From positions 128,001-192,000 of IMG/VR virus record IMGVR_UViG_3300033146_004404: a stretch of 64,000 nt of DNA; one strand, 5' to 3'. Positions 63,685-64,000 of this stretch are shown here, in pieces. Every line of letters begins with the position of its first letter. The first letter of the stretch is position 1. Source of the stretch: a virus (taxonomy: Duplodnaviria; Heunggongvirae; Uroviricota; Caudoviricetes). A program made the translations under genes and the position numbers. Under the pieces are notes generated by a model. The model was given only the letters and a program-made list of their open reading frames with translations. It was not told the DNA's origin and made no database searches.

Positions 63685-64000
63685 GCGATGAATATGAGCG
63701 ATAAATATCCTCCTCTATTGAGTTTCCAGGACTTACAAAAAAACGGAAAAGCTCGTCTATATGGGGTTTTCACTTAAAAATAACGAAGGGTTGGATGGTA
63801 AAAACGATAGAAGCTTTAGTATCAGTAAAGTTTTTTATGAAAAACAGTAAGATCTTTCAACATTTTATAATTGAAAAAAAGCGTGGAGTTTCTAAGTATT
63901 TACTTGATCCACGCTTTTTAGTTTATGATAGATTGGAAGAAAAAATAAAAGAATTTGCTCTGTCGAATATTTCTGCTGATTATCTCTTTACAGAAAGGAG

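Noticed and set aside
63681-64000. Short duplication AATATGAGCGAT, hairpin AAAAAGCGTGGA...TCCACGCTTTTT and an open frame running off the edge
   Set aside because: Truncated by the window end; cannot distinguish a gene start, a pseudogene or a terminator

Overview
This 64 kb window is a slice of a large, AT-rich, T4-related myovirus (probably a jumbo phage). No rRNA, tRNA or CRISPR array is visible. 1-20 kb (minus strand) is a contractile-tail/baseplate module: gpI-like, gp6/J-like, gp25, spike, gp53/LysM, tape measure and hub. The rest interleaves two gene classes. (a) Replication/recombination genes: gp32-like SSB, RecA, UvsW-like helicase, gp47/gp46, Pif1-like helicase, ATP-dependent ligase, FEN/RNase H, tubulin/PhuZ, GroES and Hsp20. 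Most lie downstream of 11 near-identical 29-bp sigma70-type promoters. (b) Structural genes and a family of orphan proteins with a shared N-terminal leader, preceded by a second motif, GTAAAG(A/G)TAA. This is the inferred late promoter, and a gp55-like sigma factor is encoded at 53.8 kb. Highlights: DnaE is broken into four genes, with one junction joined by a naturally split intein around a free-standing HNH gene, two junctions lacking any splicing element, and active-site motifs spread over the pieces. Late promoters sit inside RBS-occluding hairpins. A +1 frameshift is predicted between gp26- and gp51-like ORFs. A putative capsid-cargo family includes membrane-helix proteins, a DHH phosphoesterase and a zincin. 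All functional calls come from motif recognition by eye; no database searches were run.
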